Shown in pieces: positions 47,814 to 50,495 of a DNA stretch of 50,495 nucleotides. The first letter of the stretch is position 1. Each line of letters starts with the position of its first letter. The stretch lies in NCBI GenBank assembly GCA_030838075.1, contig JAUTXJ010000013.1, positions 1 to 50,495 on the forward strand, written 5' to 3'. This DNA comes from Acidobacteriaceae bacterium (GTDB lineage: Bacteria; Acidobacteriota; Terriglobia; Acidiferrales; UBA7541). Under the pieces are notes generated by a model. It was not told the origin of the DNA. It made no database searches and worked only from the letters and a program-made list of their open reading frames with translations. A program made the position numbers and the translations under genes.

Positions 47814-48538
47814 TGCGCGAGACCTTTCGCCGCTGATGTCGACAGCAGCTTGCCGTCGCCCATGATGGCCAGGCGGTCGGCGAATTTTTCAGCCAGCGCG
47901 CGCTCGTGGGTGACCATCACGATGGTCATGCCATATTTCGTTTGTTCCTGCAGCAACGTAAGAATGGCTTCACCGGTGGCGGAATCAAGATTCCCAGTCG
48001 GTTCATCGGCCAGCAGAATTTTCGGACGATTGACCAGAGCACGTGCGATGGCCACGCGCTGCTGCTCGCCGCCGGAAAGCTCCGCGGGGCGGTGACCTAA
48101 CCGGTGGGTCAGCTGCACGCGTTCCAGTGCCTCCCGTACACGGCCGGGGCGTTCCGCGCGATCAACTTCCGCAAGCCGAAGCGGCAGCTCTACATTTTCT
48201 TCCAGTGTCATGCGCGTGAGCAGATTGAAGGATTGAAAAATCATCCCCATGGTGTTACGGCGGTAGCGCGCCAGGTCCAGAGAAGAAAGCTCCGCGATAT
48301 TCTGTCCGTTTGAAATGATGGAACCCGACGTGGGGCGATCCAGCCCGCCGATTAAATTTAACAACGTGGACTTGCCGGAACCTGAAGAACCAAGAAGAGC
48401 GAGAAATTCATTCTGAGCGATGAACAGCGAGAGATCATCGACAGCGCGCACGCTGCTCGCACCCATGGTGTAGTGGCGAGAGATATGATCGAGTTGGATG
48501 GCGGGGACGGGAACGGGCACGATTTTATGGTCAATCAA
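47810..48538 (-). CDS. ABC transporter ATP-binding protein (LolD/MacB-like)
   Basis: GSSGSGKS, LSGGEQQR, LLADEPTGNLD. Confidence 0.96.
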   Translation of the reverse strand: MIDHKIVPVPVPAIQLDHISRHYTMGASSVRAVDDLSLFIAQNEFLALLGSSGSGKSTLLNLIGGLDRPTSGSIISNGQNIAELSSLDLARYRRNTMGMIFQSFNLLTRMTLEENVELPLRLAEVDRAERPGRVREALERVQLTHRLGHRPAELSGGEQQRVAIARALVNRPKILLADEPTGNLDSATGEAILTLLQEQTKYGMTIVMVTHERALAEKFADRLAIMGDGKLLSTSAAKGLAQ

Positions 48539-48605
48539 TGATACGTGGGAACGAGGAGAAAGATTTCACGTTGGCTGAATTAATTGCTGGCCCAGGAACT
48601 TGCGC

Positions 48606-49922
48606 ATGAGGAACGCGATTCTCAAGGTCGCGACCTCGCTTGCATTCATCGTGTTTGTGGCGATGGCAGCCCGAATCACCTTCGCGTGGAATCAAACGCA
48701 CAAAATTTCTCAAGACGTTTTGGCCGTTGTTCCATTTCAGCAGGAAACCGGGAACGTCGCCTATTCCCTGGCCCGAGGCCAAGGATTCGGCGGGGTATTT
48801 AGAACGGATACAGGCCCCACTGCCTGGCTCGCGCCGATTTATCCTGTGATACTGGCCGGAATATTTAAGGTTTGGGGAATTTTTACCACGCGAGCTTTTT
48901 TTGCTGCCGTCGCTCTGAATATTCTTTTTTCCTCGGCAGCGTGCGTGCCTATTTTTTTAGCTGGAAAGCGAATTGGCGGATTGGGTGTGGCCAGCTTGGC
49001 AGCATGGCTGTGGGCACTTTTTCCCAACGCCATCATGATCCCCTTCGAGTGGATTTGGGACACCGCACTATCGGCACTCCTCGCAGCCACAATTTTGTGG
49101 GCCACGTTGACGCTTGCAGAATCTAATCGCGTTCGCGATTGGTGCGCATATGGGTTGTTGTGGGGTTTCGCGCTGATGACCAATCCCGCTCTCGGGGCGC
49201 TGTTCCCGTTTCTGCTGGGATGGCTTGCCCACTGCGGTTCCGATGGAAGCGAAAGTCGTCGGCGCTGGAAACTTGTGGCGTTAGCGGCTGGCGTCGCCAT
49301 TTTGTGTTGCGTGCCCTGGACAATTCGCAACTACACCGCTTTTCGTCGATTTATTCCGTTGCGTTCCAACCTGCCATTCGAGCTATGGCTTGGGAACAAC
49401 GACATTTTCGATGAGCATGCCCGGAACGGCAGAAAGATAATAACCAGGACGGAAGAAACTAGAACCTATGCGCAGCTTGGAGAGACCGCTTACATGCGCC
49501 GGAAATGGCAACTGGCCACTTCTTTCATGGCGTCCCATCCCCAGTTGGAATTGAGACTCGCTGGAAATAAATGTGTAATTTTCTGGACCGGCAGGGCGTC
49601 TCCGCTTAAGACTTTCCGCGAAACCGATTCCAACTTAGTGAGGACAATATTGCTGTCTAGTTTTCTTACCGCTATTGAATCGTTAATCGCGATTGTGTCC
49701 TTGTGGCGCGCCCGCAGCCCCATAACTTTCCCGCTCGCATTGTTCCCTGTAATTTTTCCATGTTTGTATTACATAACGCACGCGGACCTTCGCTATCGTC
49801 ATCCCATTGATCCGGCGCTCTGCCTGCTCACCGCCTTCGCGGTGGCTTCGGCGTGGATCCGCCCGCAGGGCGGGATATCCGGAAATCACGAAAACACAAG
49901 GACAGCGTTAGCCTCGCACTGA
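48606..49922 (+). CDS. GT39/ArnT-like polytopic glycosyltransferase
   Basis: Many TM helices, GPTAWLAPIYP, PWTIRNY, RYRHPI. Confidence 0.8.
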   Translation: MRNAILKVATSLAFIVFVAMAARITFAWNQTHKISQDVLAVVPFQQETGNVAYSLARGQGFGGVFRTDTGPTAWLAPIYPVILAGIFKVWGIFTTRAFFAAVALNILFSSAACVPIFLAGKRIGGLGVASLAAWLWALFPNAIMIPFEWIWDTALSALLAATILWATLTLAESNRVRDWCAYGLLWGFALMTNPALGALFPFLLGWLAHCGSDGSESRRRWKLVALAAGVAILCCVPWTIRNYTAFRRFIPLRSNLPFELWLGNNDIFDEHARNGRKIITRTEETRTYAQLGETAYMRRKWQLATSFMASHPQLELRLAGNKCVIFWTGRASPLKTFRETDSNLVRTILLSSFLTAIESLIAIVSLWRARSPITFPLALFPVIFPCLYYITHADLRYRHPIDPALCLLTAFAVASAWIRPQGGISGNHENTRTALASH

Positions 49923-50038
49923 TTTAAAGCACCTCTTCCCTGCTTGCTGCCCAGTCTTTCTTCCGGGCTTGTACCTAGCTATTCGACTGATGTGCCTGTC
50001 CTCAAACTTCTGCAAACTGGGTGCAGGAGGAATTAAAG

Positions 50039-50495
50039 ATGGAAAGCGCACTGGTAGAGATTTCTAATCAATTAGCGGCCGCCGCCGAGCGCGCCGGTTC
50101 TTCAGTCGTAAATGTTGGTGGGCGGTCGCACGGAAGTTCCAGCGGAATCCACTGGCGGCGGGATGTGGTGGTTACCGCCAATCACGCTGTAAAGCGTGAC
50201 GACGATATCGCGGTGACGTTGCCGGACGGACGGTCGTTGAAGGCCACGCTAGTAGGCCGCGATGGCGGCACGGATGTTGCAGTACTAAAGGTGGAGGGGC
50301 TGGGTGAATCTCCCGCGCAATTTAGCGACGCGTCAACGACTCGCGTCGGCAATCTGGCGTTGGTGTTGGGCCGCCACCAGGAAAATGGGTTGATGGCCTC
50401 ACTCGGAGCGGTAAGCCTGGTTGCTGATTCCCGCCGAACGTGGGCGGGCGGAACCCTTGACCGCTACATCCGCCTCGATGTCGCGCTATATCCAG
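50039..50495 (+). CDS. Trypsin-like (S1C) serine protease, 3' end outside the window
   Basis: Not in the ORF track. After AGGAGG, ATG at 50039 gives MESALVEISNQLAAAAERAGSSVV...SSGIHW...VVTANHAV...GRDGGTDVAVL, open to the window edge. Confidence 0.88.
   Translation, partial: MESALVEISNQLAAAAERAGSSVVNVGGRSHGSSSGIHWRRDVVVTANHAVKRDDDIAVTLPDGRSLKATLVGRDGGTDVAVLKVEGLGESPAQFSDASTTRVGNLALVLGRHQENGLMASLGAVSLVADSRRTWAGGTLDRYIRLDVALYP

Overview
A gene-dense, moderately GC-rich bacterial window. Gene content looks like soil Acidobacteriota (inference only). It holds about 45 recognisable CDSs: a MarR regulator with a truncated ClC-like fragment, vapBC, an OprB-type porin, an ArsR/VOC/SRPBCC/DUF1801 operon, a cytochrome c-beta-barrel fusion with a pentaheme cytochrome, a pseudo-receiver-trypsin protease fusion, two multicopper oxidases (one frameshifted), ChrA, GH79, CPBP proteases, an M13 peptidase, TolC, UbiX, catalase with an OxyR-like regulator, an ECF sigma/anti-sigma copper-periplasmic cluster, a two-component system with a DcaP-like porin, a Tat ferritin-like protein, an ABC exporter and a GT39-like protein. 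No rRNA, tRNA, CRISPR or transposase was recognised. Main finding: two ORF pairs are each split only by an in-frame TGA followed, exactly 12 nt later, by a hairpin with a GG-starting apical loop, which is bacterial SECIS geometry. One is an OsmC-family protein with TGA at the catalytic Cys position (23918). The other (TGA at 42797) is a Tat-signal protein of no family I recognise, next to a Tat ferritin-like gene, and is a candidate new exported selenoprotein. Also seen: seven matching ECF promoter motifs defining a local regulon with a possible sigma cascade, and a perfect parS site flanked by two arrays of phased palindromes.
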